Assembly: GCA_030452775.1 (NCBI GenBank)
Contig: JAKDLQ010000001.1
Coordinates: 1-36,668 of the forward strand
Direction: 5' to 3'
Length of the DNA stretch: 36,668 nt
From: Micrococcales bacterium
GTDB lineage: Bacteria > Actinomycetota > Actinomycetes > Actinomycetales > Dermatophilaceae
Position numbers and translations under genes: made by a program. This document shows, one piece after another, positions 35,733 through 36,668 of the stretch (position 1 is the stretch's first letter; every line of letters starts with the position of its first letter). The notes under the pieces were generated by a model, which was not told the DNA's origin, ran no database searches, and saw nothing but the letters and a program-made list of their open reading frames with translations.

Positions 35733-36640
35733 CCGCGCACCTCCTCGGCGGCTCGGCGCAGCACGAGGTCTGCATCATCGTCAGTGCCGAGATAGGCGGC
35801 GATGACCGCCGGGTGCTGCCGCACGTCATCGGGCGCTCCCTCCGCGATGAGGGTGCCATCATCGAGGACAGCGATCCGGTCGGCAAGGGCCATGACGGCG
35901 TCGACATCGTGCTCCACGAGGACGACGGCGATGCCCGCCTCGCGGGTCAGGCGCAGCAGGGCCGACAGTTCGTCCCGTTCCGGCCCGGACAGGCCTGCCA
36001 TCGGCTCATCGAGCATCAGCAGCATCGGTGACATGGCCAGCGCGCGCGCGACCTCGACCTGACGTTGCCGGCCGAAGGAGAGGTCCTTCACCGGGCGATC
36101 CGTGTCGTCCTCCAGTCCCATGGCGGCCACCGCTGCGCGGGCACCGCGCTCGATGTCGCGTTCCTCGCGGGGGGCAAGGGACAACAAGCCCCGCAGCAGG
36201 CCCGCATGTGACCGGAGGTGACGGGCCACGGCCACATTGCCAAGGACGGTGGTGCTCCCGAAGACCTGGAGGTTCTGGAAGGTTCGGGTGGCCCCCAGCT
36301 TCGCGATGACGTGCGGTCGCCGGCCCTCGACCCGCTGACCGCGAACCTCGACGGAGCCGGCCGTGGGGGCGAGAACGCCGCTGATCATGTTGAAGCAGGT
36401 GGTCTTGCCCGCGCCGTTGGGGCCGATGAGCCCAAGGATCTCGCCGGACCGCACGTCCAGGTCGACGTTGCTCACCGCGGTGACCCCGCCGTAGCGCTTG
36501 GTCAGTCCGCGAACCCGCAGCACCGGGGTGCCGGGCTCGGGAATGAGCGAGCGGTCGAGGACGCCGCTCAGAGTACGCTCGGCCGACGGCGGCTGCTCGC
36601 GGTCGCCACCTGCCTCTGGCCGGTCACCGGTCCGGCTCAC
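35729..36640 (-). CDS. livG: Branched-chain amino acid-type ABC transporter ATP-binding protein (LivG-like)
   Basis: Walker A GPNGAGKTT, LSFGRQRQVEVARAL, LLMLDEPMAGL. 4-nt ATGA overlap with livF. Confidence 0.85.
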   Translation of the reverse strand: MSRTGDRPEAGGDREQPPSAERTLSGVLDRSLIPEPGTPVLRVRGLTKRYGGVTAVSNVDLDVRSGEILGLIGPNGAGKTTCFNMISGVLAPTAGSVEVRGQRVEGRRPHVIAKLGATRTFQNLQVFGSTTVLGNVAVARHLRSHAGLLRGLLSLAPREERDIERGARAAVAAMGLEDDTDRPVKDLSFGRQRQVEVARALAMSPMLLMLDEPMAGLSGPERDELSALLRLTREAGIAVVLVEHDVDAVMALADRIAVLDDGTLIAEGAPDDVRQHPAVIAAYLGTDDDADLVLRRAAEEVRG

Positions 36641-36668
36641 CGGGGCGGTGACCGGCGACCGATGGGTC
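36637..36668 (-). CDS. Last ~10 codons of an upstream gene (probably the ABC permease), overlapping the livG-like start (GTGA)
   Basis: The open frame ...PIGRRSPPR-TGA runs in from the window edge. Too short to identify; called only from operon logic. Confidence 0.3.
   Translation of the reverse strand, partial: PIGRRSPPR

Noticed and set aside
1-36668. rRNA, tRNA, tmRNA or RNase P genes
   Set aside because: None of the intergenic spacers showed tRNA-like cloverleaf ends (GTTCGAATC-type T-arm, CCA context) or rRNA-like conserved blocks. This was done by eye only; a tRNAscan/Infernal run is needed for certainty.

Overview
High-GC (roughly 70%+) actinobacterial chromosomal window. The backbone is the conserved translation and DNA-maintenance synteny block, mostly on the + strand: amidohydrolase, GNAT, rpsP, KH protein, rimM, an antisense O-methyltransferase, trmD (here fused to a GNAT domain), rplS, lepB x2, rnhB, DUF2469, yraN, yifB/comM-like, dprA, xerC, M23 peptidase, rpsB, tsf, pyrH, frr, cdsA, rlmN. 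Minus-strand livF/livG-like ABC ATPases follow. As I recall it, this is the same gene order as the M. tuberculosis rpsP-to-rlmN region. Two variable insertions interrupt the backbone. (1) About 14.6-23.9 kb, between the M23 peptidase gene and rpsB: a ParD-like antitoxin, a frameshifted and truncated zeta-like toxin, an IS1182-type transposase fragment, a CDA-fold deaminase, an 876-aa secreted lysyl-oxidase-like protein with duplicated modules, a TPR-like protein, and a minus-strand operon (polytopic membrane protein, aminotransferase, HhH protein). (2) About 26.0-31.3 kb, between tsf and pyrH: a DUF1648 membrane protein, a decayed two-component system plus a frameshifted DUF4153/DUF4173-type gene, a TetR/membrane-protein divergent pair with the only AT-rich spacer in the window, and a small hypothetical gene. 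The most interesting observations are: an 8-9-mer word CGGCATAC(G), over-represented about 6-fold (7-mer core) to 15-fold (8-mer) versus a zero-order base-composition expectation, present in both orientations, written into genes with disfavoured codons and paired into intergenic hairpins; the TrmD-GNAT fusion; and the lysyl-oxidase-like modular exoprotein. I saw no rRNA, tRNA or CRISPR array. CDS coordinates are anchored on the supplied ORF track. Coordinates of hairpins, repeats and motif copies were counted by hand and may be off by 1-2 nt.
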